The position numbers and the translations under genes are program-made. Below are positions 1 through 9,987 of a DNA stretch of 64,000 nt, in pieces; the stretch's first letter is position 1, and each line of letters begins with the position of its first letter. Source of the stretch: Ignavibacteriota bacterium (GTDB lineage: Bacteria; Bacteroidota; Ignavibacteria; UBA10030); contig CAVSHO010000011.1 in the NCBI GenBank assembly GCA_963727825.1, positions 384,001-448,000 of the forward strand, read 5' to 3'. Below the pieces are notes generated by a model. That model worked only from the letters and a program-made list of their open reading frames with translations. It made no database searches and was not told the DNA's origin.

Positions 1-1
1 A

Positions 2-691
2 GTGTATTTTGTTCACATCTCGTGCTTGGATTCACTTGAATATATCCGGCAGGCACAATCCAAAGGTCAGCTGGTTTATGCGGAAACATGCCCGCAATAT
101 CTTTTCACATCGATAGAGGATTTAGACAGACCGAATTTTGAAGGTGCAAAATATGTTTTCACTCCGCCGCCAAGAGAAAAATGGGATCAGGAAAAACTTT
201 GGGATGGATTGCAAAACAATTCATTGCAAGTCGTTTCAACCGATCATTGTCCATTTAACTTTCGAGGAGATAAAGAACTGGGACGCAACGATTTTACAAA
301 AATCCCAAATGGCGCTCCGGGAATCGAAAACAGATTACAGCTTCTTTATTATTTCGGCGTGGCAAGTGGGAAGATTTCAATAAATCGTTGGGTCGAAATT
401 GTATCAACAGCGCCCGCAAAGCTCTTCGGTCTTTATCCTAAAAAAGGAGCCATAGCCATTGGCAGCGATGCGGATATTGTAATTTGGAATCCTCTAACTG
501 AGCACATTATTTCTGCATCAACGCATCATATGAACGTAGATTATTCATTATATGAAGGATGGCAAATGAAAGGCTTGGCAGAATTAGTTATTTCGCGCGG
601 GGATATTATAATTGAAAACGGTAAATGGAATGGAAATCCAAACAGAGGAAAGTTTTGCGCCCGGGAAAAAGTTCGATACGGTTCCTTTTAA
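2..691 (+). CDS. hydA: Dihydropyrimidinase/D-hydantoinase, C-terminal part (runs off window start)
   Basis: Cyclic amidohydrolase motifs YFVHIS, YAETCPQYL, GAKYVFTPP, STDHCPF, KIPNGAPGIE, GSDADIVIW. Confidence 0.85.
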   Translation: MYFVHISCLDSLEYIRQAQSKGQLVYAETCPQYLFTSIEDLDRPNFEGAKYVFTPPPREKWDQEKLWDGLQNNSLQVVSTDHCPFNFRGDKELGRNDFTKIPNGAPGIENRLQLLYYFGVASGKISINRWVEIVSTAPAKLFGLYPKKGAIAIGSDADIVIWNPLTEHIISASTHHMNVDYSLYEGWQMKGLAELVISRGDIIIENGKWNGNPNRGKFCAREKVRYGSF

Positions 692-746
692 AGGAAGGAT
701 AGATCAAGCCTGAGATTTCCTTTATACCTGCCTTTAATCTTTAAAA

Positions 747-2264
747 TTACCGTTGCAAAGTGTCTCTCACCATATCTGTAATACGGCGAAAGTCAATCTT
801 GCCGCTGCCCATCTTAGGCAATTCATCGAAGACTACAAAATTTTTCGGCAAGGCAATATTCGGCAATTGCTCTGCCATCTTTTTTAGAATTGCTTTCTCA
901 TCAATTTTCCGTGTAATAGCGACAACAATTTTAGCCCCACGTACAGAGTCCGGAACTTCAACTACACAGCATGCAACATCATCAGGAAGTAAATGCTCCA
1001 GTACATTTTCCACACGAATGAGTGAAACCATTTCACCGCCAATTTTCATAAACCGTTTTAATCTCCCAACATGCCAGAGATATCCATCTGCATCATGATA
1101 ACCCATATCGCCTGTGTCATACCAGCCATGTCGGATGCTCAGCGCTGTAGCTTCAAAATCATCAAAATAACCCTTCATAATGCTATCACCTTTTACAAGG
1201 ATTTTACCAATTTCGCCGATAGCACATTCCTCGCCGGTTTCATAATTCTCAACACGGACTTTCACATTAGGCAATGGCAATCCGACGCTTCCAGGCCGAT
1301 TTGCCGTTGGTGTATTGACACTGATTGCAGGACTCGTCTCTGTACAACCATACCCTTCTAGTAGATTGATATTATGCTTGTGAAGGAATTCCTGACGCAA
1401 AGAATCCGGCGTTTTATCAGCGCCAGCCAACATAATACGACACGATGCAAAATCGCCCGGTTCAGACTTGCGCAGATATCCCCACATGAAAATTGGCGTG
1501 CCGACCACAAAAGTAATTTTCTCTTCGCGTATTATATTGCAAATAACTTTAAAATCAAGCGGGTTGGCATAGGTGACAATTGTCATTCCATAATACAGTG
1601 GGAGCCATAAATTTGCCGTCTGTCCAAACACATGGAAAAGTGGTAAATTGGCAAGGAATATATCATCAGAAGTAAATTCAAAGACTTTGATGAGTCCATC
1701 GACATTAGCAGCAATATTTCGATGCGTTAGTTGAACTGCTTTGGGATCTTTCTCGCTTCCGCTTGTGAAGAGAATAACAGCGTTATCATCCTCATCACCG
1801 GGACAAATTTTTCTCAGCAGGCGTTCAATGGGGAGCTTTGCCCTCAATGCTGCTTTGATCTTATCAAGGATTGAAATATGCACCATAATATCCTCTATGA
1901 AGATCATTCCCTGCACGCGCGGACAATTAATCTTTTCGACGAGCGCTTTTGAAGCAATGATAGTTTTAAAGGCACATTTTTTCTGAGCATACTCGCAATT
2001 TTGTGCGGCACCGGTGGAATAATTAATCATCACAGGAGTCCGTCCGCTCATCAATGCACCGAGAATAGAAAGAGCGCATCCGGCAGAAGTTGGAATCATA
2101 ATACCGATGAAACCCTCATCGTATTTTTTAAATTTATCTGCTAATATCAACGATGCAATGAGCGCTTTCCCATAGCTGACATTCTGACTAGTTGTGCGGT
2201 CGATAATTGCTATCTTGTTCTCAAATTGTTTAGCGATATGGACGAAGTGATGATGAAGAAGCAT
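747..2264 (-). CDS. AMP-binding enzyme, Aas-like acyl-ACP synthetase domain
   Basis: LFTSGSEKDPKAV, EGYGCTE, WYDTGD, GRLKRFMKIGGEMVSL and GSGKIDF adenylate-forming motifs. Confidence 0.85.
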   Translation of the reverse strand: MLLHHHFVHIAKQFENKIAIIDRTTSQNVSYGKALIASLILADKFKKYDEGFIGIMIPTSAGCALSILGALMSGRTPVMINYSTGAAQNCEYAQKKCAFKTIIASKALVEKINCPRVQGMIFIEDIMVHISILDKIKAALRAKLPIERLLRKICPGDEDDNAVILFTSGSEKDPKAVQLTHRNIAANVDGLIKVFEFTSDDIFLANLPLFHVFGQTANLWLPLYYGMTIVTYANPLDFKVICNIIREEKITFVVGTPIFMWGYLRKSEPGDFASCRIMLAGADKTPDSLRQEFLHKHNINLLEGYGCTETSPAISVNTPTANRPGSVGLPLPNVKVRVENYETGEECAIGEIGKILVKGDSIMKGYFDDFEATALSIRHGWYDTGDMGYHDADGYLWHVGRLKRFMKIGGEMVSLIRVENVLEHLLPDDVACCVVEVPDSVRGAKIVVAITRKIDEKAILKKMAEQLPNIALPKNFVVFDELPKMGSGKIDFRRITDMVRDTLQR

Positions 2265-2331
2265 TTATTTTCCTTTTAGAAGATTTTGTTTTCTTAGGGT
2301 ACTTTGCGAATACTTTTGCTTAGGTACAACT

Positions 2332-3073
2332 TTATACAAGCTTCGCTCGCAGAAATTCTCGATTCAATCGAGCAATATGCATTACTAATATTCCTTTCGG
2401 ACACTCGGCTTCGCAAGCATAATTATTCGAACAATTGCCGAATCCTTCCTTATCCATTTGCATTACCATTTTCTGAACGCGTTCTTTTCTTTCAATCTTG
2501 CCCTTGCGGAAGTAATGCAAATTGTGAAACCTTGGCAGCTACAAAAAGCATTGCAGAAGAATTTGGACACGCTGCAATGCATGCGCCACATCCGATGCAC
2601 GCTGCTGCATCCATCGCTTCTTCCGCATTCGCTTTCGGCACAGGAGTTGAATTCGCATCCGGTGCACCGCCGGTTCTTGCCGAAATAAATCCACCCGCTT
2701 GCATAATTCTATCCAATGCAGTTCGATCGACAACCAAATCTTTAATTACGGGGAACGGCTGCGCACGCCAAGGTTCTACAGTCAGGCTTTGCCCATCATC
2801 GAATGTCCGCATCCGCACATCGCACGTAGCTTGCTTGCGGCCTGGACCATGCGCACGCCCGTTGATCATGAGTCCACAGCTGCCGCATATACCTTCGCGG
2901 CAATCGTGATCGAAGGCAATAGGATCTTTATCTTGAAGTACTAATTGATTGTTCAACACATCCAGCATTTCTAAAAATGATGCATCAGGCGAAATATTCT
3001 CCACTTCGTACTTTTCAAAACGCCCTGCATCCTTTTGATTCTTCTGACGCCATATTTTTAATGTAAAATGCAT
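2332..3073 (-). CDS. sdhB: Succinate dehydrogenase/fumarate reductase Fe-S subunit, split by a +1 indel near 2501-2503 (probable sequencing error)
   Basis: [11 protein letters not shown] and [11 protein letters not shown] in ORF 2492..3088; [17 protein letters not shown] in ORF 2332..2520. Removing one G from a GGG run restores [10 protein letters not shown]. Confidence 0.9.
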
Positions 3074-3151
3074 GTCGTTATTCCTCATCCTTATCTCGAC
3101 AATACCATGGATTACCTTTGAATTCTGTTCTCGTCACCATCTTTTATTTCT

Positions 3152-3180
3152 GTCCCCCTCCAAGGGGGACTACAGGGGGT
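3152..3180. repeat. GC-rich palindrome at the 3' end of the DUF559 gene
   Basis: gtccccct-cca-agggggac (perfect 8-bp stem) followed by tacagggggt. Confidence 0.75.
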
Positions 3181-3562
3181 CCAAAGACTTGCCTGTTCGT
3201 ACTTTCACGTGTTCAAAGATATCCTGCATTACTCCATCTTCATTTTCAAAGATCTCATAATTAGAATATCGAATTACTTCACAACCAATTTTTCGCAAGT
3301 ATTCGTCCCTTTTAATATCACTTTGTGTCCCTCTGTTCGTATAGTGCTGACTTCCATCAAGTTCAATAATCAATTTCGCTTTTGCACAATAAAAGTCGAC
3401 AACATAACAACCGAAAGGAACTTGGCGACGAAATTTTACATCAAGTTGATGTCCTCTTAACAGAGACCATAATTTTCTTTCAGCATCAATCATTTGTTTT
3501 CGAAGCACTCTTGCAATTGGTACTAACGACTTAGAATATTGTGCAAGATGTTTCTTCATCAA
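3170..3562 (-). CDS. DUF559 / Vsr-like endonuclease domain protein
   Basis: ARVLRK..AERKLWSLLR, KFRRQ, YVVDFYC..KLIIELDGSQH, RDEYL..G..VIR motifs. Confidence 0.85.
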   Translation of the reverse strand: MMKKHLAQYSKSLVPIARVLRKQMIDAERKLWSLLRGHQLDVKFRRQVPFGCYVVDFYCAKAKLIIELDGSQHYTNRGTQSDIKRDEYLRKIGCEVIRYSNYEIFENEDGVMQDIFEHVKVRTGKSLDPL

Positions 3563-3568
3563 TTACGA

Positions 3569-3601
3569 CCTCACCCTATCCCTCTCCTTAGAGGAGAGGG
3601 A
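3569..3601. repeat. GC-rich palindrome at the 5' end of the DUF559 gene
   Basis: cctcacccta then tccctctcct-tag-aggagaggga (perfect 10-bp stem). Confidence 0.8.
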
Positions 3602-3625
3602 ATTGGATTTCAATATTTTAAATCC

Positions 3626-5545
3626 TCATTTATAACTCCGTTCAGAGGGTTTCACATATTCAAACGTGAGCGGTTCTTTATTGAGCTTAGGTTTCTTGTC
3701 AGCACCGGTATATTCCCACGCCGCCACATATGTAAATTTTTTATCATTGCGTAATGCTTCGCCTTCAGGTGTTTGATATTCTTCACGAAAGTGACCGCCG
3801 CATGATTCTTCCCGGTGTAGTGCGTCGAATGCCAGCAATTCTGCAAGTTCTAAAAAATCTGCAATACGCCCGGCCTTTTCTAATTCGATGTTAATATTAT
3901 CAGTCTCGCCGACAACTTTTGCATCACTCCAAAATTCTTTCCGTATTTCCGGAATTAGCTTTAACGCTTTCTTCAATCCTTTTTCGTTGCGTTCCATCCC
4001 GACAAAATCCCACATTACTTTGCCGAGTTTTTTATGAATTTCGCTCACAGGTTGTTTGCCATTGATAGCAAGAAGTTTACTCACTCTTTCAGCAACATCC
4101 ATCGTCACTTGCTTAAATTCCGGATGATCGGTTGCAAGAGAATTAAATTTCGTCTTTGCGAGATAATCTCCAATCGTGTACGGAAGGATGAAATAACCAT
4201 CGGCTAATCCTTGCATTAACGCACTGGCTCCAAGCCGGTTCGCGCCGTGATCAGAGAAGTTCGCTTCACCGATAACAAATAATCCTGGAATCGAGCTCAT
4301 CAAATTGTAGTCAACCCACAATCCGCCCATCGTATAGTGAACAGCGGGATAGATACGCATAGGGACAGCATAAGGATCTTCGTCAGTGATTTCGTGATAC
4401 ATATCAAAAAGGTTGCCGTATTTTTCTTCAATCCATTGTTTGCCATTTCGATTAATTGCTTCAGTGAAATCAAGATATACCGCCATCTTCGTTTTACCCA
4501 CGCCAAGACCTTTATCACATATTTCTTTTGCACGGCGCGAGGCTACGTCCCGCGGAACCAAATTGCCAAATGATGGATAGAGACGTTCGAGGTAATAGTC
4601 ACGTTCATTTTCCGGAATTTGAGATGGTATGCGCACATCACCTGATTTCTTCGGAACCCAAATGCGTCCATCATTGCGCAGGCTTTCGCTCATAAGCGTT
4701 AATTTGGATTGATAATCGCCGCTTACTGGAATGCAAGTCGGATGAATTTGTGTAAAGCAAGGATTTGCGAAGAGTGCGCCCTTCTTGTATGCTCGCCAGA
4801 TTGCAGTAGCATTACTCGCTTTTGCCATTGTCGAAAGATAAAAAGTGTTGCCATAACCGCCTGTCGCAAGCACAACTGCATCTGCAACGTAAGATTCGAT
4901 TGCACCTGTCTTTAAATTTCGACATACGATGCCGCGTGCCATTCCATCTACCACTACCAAATCCAACATCTCGCGCCGATCATAAAACTTTACACTACCC
5001 GCACTAATTTGACGGCTCAATGCAGAATATGCGCCAAGTAAAAGCTGCTGTCCGGTTTGGCCGCGAGCATAAAATGTTCTTGATACTTGAGCGCCGCCGA
5101 ATGAACGCGTGTCCAAATAACCTGCATAGTCACGGGCAAACGGAACACCTTGGGCAACGCATTGGTCTATAATACTGCCGCTCACCTCAGCGAGCCGGTA
5201 TACATTTGCTTCACGCGATCTGTAATCGCCGCCCTTTAATGTATCATAGAATAAACGATAGACACTGTCGCCATCGTTCGCATAATTCTTCGGTGCATTG
5301 ATGCCGCCTTGCGCTGCAATGCTGTGTGCCCGTCGTGGTGATTCGTGATATGAGAAAGTAAGCACTTGATAACCAAGCTCGGCAAGTGAAGCCGCCGCTG
5401 AAGCACCTGCCAAACCAGTTCCTACCACAATGATAGAATATTTTCGCCTGTTCGACGGATTAACCAGCTTCATATTGAAGCGATGATTGGACCATTTCTT
5501 TTCAATCGACCCGCTGGGAATTTTGGAATCAAGTGTCATAGTCAA
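3626..5545 (-). CDS. sdhA: Succinate dehydrogenase/fumarate reductase flavoprotein subunit (Bacteroidota-type)
   Basis: [59 protein letters not shown]. Confidence 0.95.
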   Translation of the reverse strand: MTMTLDSKIPSGSIEKKWSNHRFNMKLVNPSNRRKYSIIVVGTGLAGASAAASLAELGYQVLTFSYHESPRRAHSIAAQGGINAPKNYANDGDSVYRLFYDTLKGGDYRSREANVYRLAEVSGSIIDQCVAQGVPFARDYAGYLDTRSFGGAQVSRTFYARGQTGQQLLLGAYSALSRQISAGSVKFYDRREMLDLVVVDGMARGIVCRNLKTGAIESYVADAVVLATGGYGNTFYLSTMAKASNATAIWRAYKKGALFANPCFTQIHPTCIPVSGDYQSKLTLMSESLRNDGRIWVPKKSGDVRIPSQIPENERDYYLERLYPSFGNLVPRDVASRRAKEICDKGLGVGKTKMAVYLDFTEAINRNGKQWIEEKYGNLFDMYHEITDEDPYAVPMRIYPAVHYTMGGLWVDYNLMSSIPGLFVIGEANFSDHGANRLGASALMQGLADGYFILPYTIGDYLAKTKFNSLATDHPEFKQVTMDVAERVSKLLAINGKQPVSEIHKKLGKVMWDFVGMERNEKGLKKALKLIPEIRKEFWSDAKVVGETDNINIELEKAGRIADFLELAELLAFDALHREESCGGHFREEYQTPEGEALRNDKKFTYVAAWEYTGADKKPKLNKEPLTFEYVKPSERSYK

Positions 5546-6255
5546 TGAACTCCCATTATCACGGTAGATACAGCTTGATGATAAAAAAAGAAATAAACAG
5601 GAATTATCGCATAGCCTAACGGAATCAGGAACCAGAATATGAATGCCAGCATATCAAGAAACGGAGCATAGGTTTTATTCCGAAGCCCCAGCGTTTGAAA
5701 TGCCGATTGAAATCCATGCCGCAGATGATAACCGAGCACTAGCAAAGCAACAAGATAAAATGCATCGTACCAAGGATTTGAAAACGCTTGCACAACTAAT
5801 TCATAATTCGAGACTTTCCCTGAACCAAATCGAGAGGGGATAAAAAATGATTTCAGATGGATGTAGAGAAAAATGGCGATTATACTTCCCGTCCAGATTG
5901 TTATTCGGGATGCAAACGTTGCGTTATCTTTCAATCGGAAAAATTTATATTTGATAGGCCGCGTCATCCGGTTTTTAAACCAAAGAATAACACCAAGGAT
6001 AGCATGGCCGAACACACCAAGGAAGAGAAATATTTCTATGAAACGAATGACAGGATTGGAAACGAGAAAATCACCGTACGCTTCATACATTTTTCCGCCA
6101 TCATTCACAAACAGAAGAAGATTGCCGACGAGGTGCTCCACGAGAAAGACAATGAGAAACAATCCTGTAAGACTCATCAAAACTTTCTTGCCGATAGACG
6201 AGTAATAGAATTCAAGGACACTGTTCATAGATGGTGGCTCTGTGTGATTAGACAA
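5542..6255 (-). CDS. sdhC: Succinate dehydrogenase cytochrome b subunit
   Basis: [13 protein letters not shown], several TM helices, [14 protein letters not shown]; 4-nt overlap with sdhA. Confidence 0.9.
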   Translation of the reverse strand: MSNHTEPPSMNSVLEFYYSSIGKKVLMSLTGLFLIVFLVEHLVGNLLLFVNDGGKMYEAYGDFLVSNPVIRFIEIFLFLGVFGHAILGVILWFKNRMTRPIKYKFFRLKDNATFASRITIWTGSIIAIFLYIHLKSFFIPSRFGSGKVSNYELVVQAFSNPWYDAFYLVALLVLGYHLRHGFQSAFQTLGLRNKTYAPFLDMLAFIFWFLIPLGYAIIPVYFFFYHQAVSTVIMGVH

Positions 6256-6316
6256 CAGTTACATTGAGCAAGTTATTAATTCATATTTGCCTATTGAGAA
6301 TAAATCGACTCTTGTG

Positions 6317-6345
6317 AGTGTAGGGAAGATTTTTGGAAAATGCAA
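6317..6345 (-). promoter_or_regulatory. Putative sigma70 promoter of sdhCAB
   Basis: Minus strand TTGCAT-N17-TACACT. Confidence 0.5.
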
Positions 6346-6497
6346 CGGAATGGAAATGAATAGTGATCACTTCATACTTATCGACAAATTGATAAATTGC
6401 TGCATCTATTTGTCTATTTATAATGGCAAACGAATACGGCAAATTTGCCATTTATTCTGATGTATTGTCGCGCACTATCTCCGAAATGATGATCGAC

Positions 6498-6800
6498 ATT
6501 GTCGGAAAACCATCGGACATTGATGCGAAGTTGTTGGACATTGACCCAGAGTCACCAGACATCGATGCGAAGCTACCTGACGATGCTGCGGAGTAGTTTG
6601 ACAACCACGCGGAGTACTATGACAAAGAAGGAATGTCAGGTGAAAATGACGCGAAGTCAGTTTGGCTTGTCGCGGAGTAGTCTAACGATGTCGCGAAGCA
6701 GTTTGACGATCATGCGAAGCAGTTCGTCGCTATCGCGGAATAGTTTGGCAATACTGCGGAGTTGTTTGACGATGTTGCGGAGCAATTCGACGAGAAAGAA
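6498..6800. repeat. Degenerate 21-nt tandem repeat (about 14 units); open only in frame 6499..6843 (RSSLTML-like heptads)
   Basis: Recurring GCG(G/A)AG(T/C)AGTTTGAC core at 21-nt spacing. Confidence 0.75.
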
Positions 6801-6880
6801 ATGCCGAATACAGCAAGAAAACGGCTATTTACGTAATCAGTAAAGATTTTTCTCTTTAAGAATATTCAATTGAGCATCAC

Positions 6881-6957
6881 TCCCGCTTGAAGAACAGCGG
6901 GATTTCTCCGCTACAAAAATGGCGGACAAGTACTCAAATGACTTCGTCATTTGAGTA
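6881..6957. terminator. Three adjacent hairpins at the 3' end of the minus-strand operon
   Basis: tcccgct-N8-agcggga (6881-6902), tccgcta-N6-tggcgga (6907-6926), and perfect 12-bp stem tactcaaatgac-ttc-gtcatttgagta (6931-6957) overlapping the stop codon. Confidence 0.55.
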
Positions 6958-7597
6958 TCACCATTTTCTTCTGGAAGACGTTGTGATTGTTTTGATCATC
7001 CGTAGCTATGAGCCGGTAGATGTACATTCCACTTGCTAATCGTCCTGCGTTGAACGTCTTTTGATAGTAACCAGCAGGCTGAGATTCATCGGCAAGCGTC
7101 ATCACTTCACGACCCAGAATATCATAGATCTTCAAACTCACACGGCTATCTTTAGCTAACTCGTAGCTAATAATGGTAGTAGGATTGAACGGATTTGGAT
7201 AATTCTGATATAATGTATATGTTTGCGGTGCTGCAACTTTGATCGTGATATTCTTCGTCCACGTTTGCCCGTTAGCAGTGATTGAAAATGCGAGCGTCTG
7301 TGCTTTTCCTACCGGTGCTGATTTATCGACAGCAAAGGAAAACGTCGTCGCTTGTTCTGCATTTGCTGTGAGACTCTTGATCGTTTGTTGGGTGGTATCG
7401 AACTTCACCCAGCTTGGCGTATTGCCCACGGTAACACTTACAACCTGCGTTGCAATCTTAGATGTATTTGCAACCGTCAGTTCTATAGTATTGCCTTTTG
7501 ATGCAAACGGAATAGTATAAGTGCTATCAGTTTGAGCTGCGGCAATGTTTGCACAAAGGAACAATATTACACATAGTTTTTTCATATTTTTCCCCAT
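6947..7597 (-). CDS. Small T9SS cargo: signal peptide, one Ig-like domain, type A CTD
   Basis: MKKLCVILFLCANIAAAQ signal; LYQNYPNPFNPTT..KIYDILGREV..LASGMYIYRL..KKMVILK. Confidence 0.85.
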   Translation of the reverse strand: MGKNMKKLCVILFLCANIAAAQTDSTYTIPFASKGNTIELTVANTSKIATQVVSVTVGNTPSWVKFDTTQQTIKSLTANAEQATTFSFAVDKSAPVGKAQTLAFSITANGQTWTKNITIKVAAPQTYTLYQNYPNPFNPTTIISYELAKDSRVSLKIYDILGREVMTLADESQPAGYYQKTFNAGRLASGMYIYRLIATDDQNNHNVFQKKMVILK

Positions 7598-7603
7598 TTC
7601 GAT

Positions 7604-9970
7604 TTACTGAACCGGCAGTGTAATTGCTACTAAAGGATTAATGGAAACATCCTGTGTCACTGATTGCTGCTTTGTTCCATACACTGCACGGAACTGTATC
7701 TTTACAGGCAGTAATTCTATTGTCACAATACCGTTTATAGTTATACCTATTACTTTCCATCCACCTGCATTGTAACTTACAGTAGCATTATTCAATGGAC
7801 TACCAGATGAGTTGGTTACACTAACTGTACACAATACCGTTGAAAAGTTAATTGTAGCACTGGAATCCACATTCTGCGCTATACTGACAGAAGAACCATT
7901 ATAGGTCAGCTTGAATGTGTATTTCACAGGAAGTAGTTCTTTTGAAATAACACCATTTAACGTGCTTCCAAAATCTTTCCATCCTCCTGAGTTAAACTGC
8001 ACTATTCCGGTATCAATCGGATTTCCTTTGCTATTGTTGAATTGCACCAACGCTTTCACCGTTTGGAATATGACCGTTGCATTGGAATCGATGCTTTGTG
8101 CTTTACTGACTGTGGCGCCGTCATACGTTACACGGAACGTATACTTAGTTGGAAGCAGTTCTTTTGTTGTAATACCATTCGATGTTGTTCCGAAACTTCT
8201 CCATCCTCCAGAGTTATACTCCACGATTCCCGTGTCCAATAGAGCACCTGTGCTTGTTTGCAGTTGAACAATTGCAGGTATTGTGTGAAATACTACCGTT
8301 AAACTGGAATCAATGCTTTGCGCTTTGCTGATTGTTGCACCATTATACGCTATACGGAATGTATATTTTGTTGGAAGAAGTTCTTTCGTAACAACACCGT
8401 TCAAAGTCGTTCCAAAGTTTTTCCAACCGCCAGCATCAAATTGCACAACACCAGTATCTAAAGGAGTGCCAGTGCTTGTTTGTAGTTGCACATTCGCAGG
8501 AACTGTTTGGAATACAACCGTTGCATTTGAGTCGATGTTCTGCGTTTTGCTGACTGTAGGGCCGTTATATGTCAAGCGAAATGTATATTTTATCGGAAGC
8601 AGTTCTTTTGTCACAACACCATTTAATGTTGTTCCAAAATCTTGCCACCCGCCGGCGTTGTATTGTACAATTCCTGTATCTAATTGATTGCCTTGACTAT
8701 TTTGCAGATTAACAGCGACATTTTTTGTTTGGAAGATAATTGTTGTGTCATTCTTAATCGTGACATTTGATTTTGTTTGTGTTCCGTATGCATACGTCAT
8801 CCGCAGTGAGAGTTTTTTCTTGGTTGTATTGATTGTAAACGTGCCGTCGTTGTTATTAGTGGCGTTTTCCCAAATACTATCGCGATATTGGAGCGTGCCA
8901 GTTGTAAGCAGAGAGCCAATACTCGATAGAAGTTTCACTGTGCAAGTATCGGAACCTAATTGAGAAAGATCAATATTGATGGAACGTTTCTTATATGGCA
9001 AATAGTAGTACATCATATTGGGGTAATTATCGAATATCATAATCTGACCATCTGGAGGCAATGACAACTTACCCACAAGTTTTCCCGTCGTTGCTTGAAA
9101 AATAGAAATTTTACCTCCCAACGTATTCGAAGGATTTCTAAGATTAGGATCTATAAACGGTGGATTTTCATTTATTATCACATATTGTGCATCCCCTGAT
9201 AGAAAAGCTTCAGAAATAATTGGAAAATGAATAGGCGTATAAAACGTATCCTTCATTGCATCGTAGAGAAGATATTGCGTATCTACAGAATCTCCACCAG
9301 ATAAATCATATCCAAAAAGTGCTTTCCCTTTTCTTCGATCATGTATAATTTTTACTTGTGCTGGCGGTCCAATTTGATCAATAAGCTTTCGAGAAATGAT
9401 TTTCTTACTCAACAAAGAGAAACCAGTTAAACTGGATTTGCGAGCAACCGGGTCAGTTTGTCTGCAATAAAGAATGGTACCATCCTCTGAAGAAAATGTG
9501 TTTTCCCAAATTGAATATGTATGAATGTCGAAGCTGTCAATCTTAGATAGTGAAATATCATCATAAACATAAGTATTGCTTTCACTCGAGATATAGACTC
9601 GATGCAATTGAGGACTATACTTTACCCCCGTTGTATATTTCACTTCACATTCGGGGAGTTCTTTCACTAACGAGGGATTATTTGTGTTAATAATGGTAAC
9701 TCGTCCTTCATAAGGATCATTCCCATTCCAATAATACAACCAGGTTTGTGTATTATCCCATTCTAATTTGCTTGTACCCACCTGTGGTGCAGAAAAAAAC
9801 AATTCTTTCGCGCCTGTTAGGAAATTTATACGAAATATATCACCAAGATTAGTTGTGTCATTACGATACCATTGATAATAATAATAAGGCTGTGCATTCA
9901 GAGTCATTCCAAAACAGAAAATTGATATAACTAGAAGTGATAAATAATATTTAAATAATAATTGTTTCAT
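7604..9970 (-). CDS. Secreted protein: N-terminal beta-propeller-like region plus six ~74-aa Ig-like repeats
   Basis: Signal peptide ending LNA-Q; repeats DTGIVQYNAGGWxDFGTTLNGVVTKELLPxKYTFR at 222-nt period (~7610-8950). Confidence 0.75.
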   Translation of the reverse strand: MKQLLFKYYLSLLVISIFCFGMTLNAQPYYYYQWYRNDTTNLGDIFRINFLTGAKELFFSAPQVGTSKLEWDNTQTWLYYWNGNDPYEGRVTIINTNNPSLVKELPECEVKYTTGVKYSPQLHRVYISSESNTYVYDDISLSKIDSFDIHTYSIWENTFSSEDGTILYCRQTDPVARKSSLTGFSLLSKKIISRKLIDQIGPPAQVKIIHDRRKGKALFGYDLSGGDSVDTQYLLYDAMKDTFYTPIHFPIISEAFLSGDAQYVIINENPPFIDPNLRNPSNTLGGKISIFQATTGKLVGKLSLPPDGQIMIFDNYPNMMYYYLPYKKRSINIDLSQLGSDTCTVKLLSSIGSLLTTGTLQYRDSIWENATNNNDGTFTINTTKKKLSLRMTYAYGTQTKSNVTIKNDTTIIFQTKNVAVNLQNSQGNQLDTGIVQYNAGGWQDFGTTLNGVVTKELLPIKYTFRLTYNGPTVSKTQNIDSNATVVFQTVPANVQLQTSTGTPLDTGVVQFDAGGWKNFGTTLNGVVTKELLPTKYTFRIAYNGATISKAQSIDSSLTVVFHTIPAIVQLQTSTGALLDTGIVEYNSGGWRSFGTTSNGITTKELLPTKYTFRVTYDGATVSKAQSIDSNATVIFQTVKALVQFNNSKGNPIDTGIVQFNSGGWKDFGSTLNGVISKELLPVKYTFKLTYNGSSVSIAQNVDSSATINFSTVLCTVSVTNSSGSPLNNATVSYNAGGWKVIGITINGIVTIELLPVKIQFRAVYGTKQQSVTQDVSINPLVAITLPVQ

Positions 9971-9987
9971 AGTTTTACTCCGTTATT

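Noticed and set aside
2332-3088. Split sdhB
   Set aside because: One extra G in a GGG run explains it; same error class as alaS.
6423-6836. TAG-to-Gln recoding (three in-frame TAGs align with CAG in A(E/K)QFDD heptads)
   Set aside because: The same T/C variation is synonymous in the open frame 6499, and TAG ends ordinary genes here (13906, 39083, 41932, 57367).
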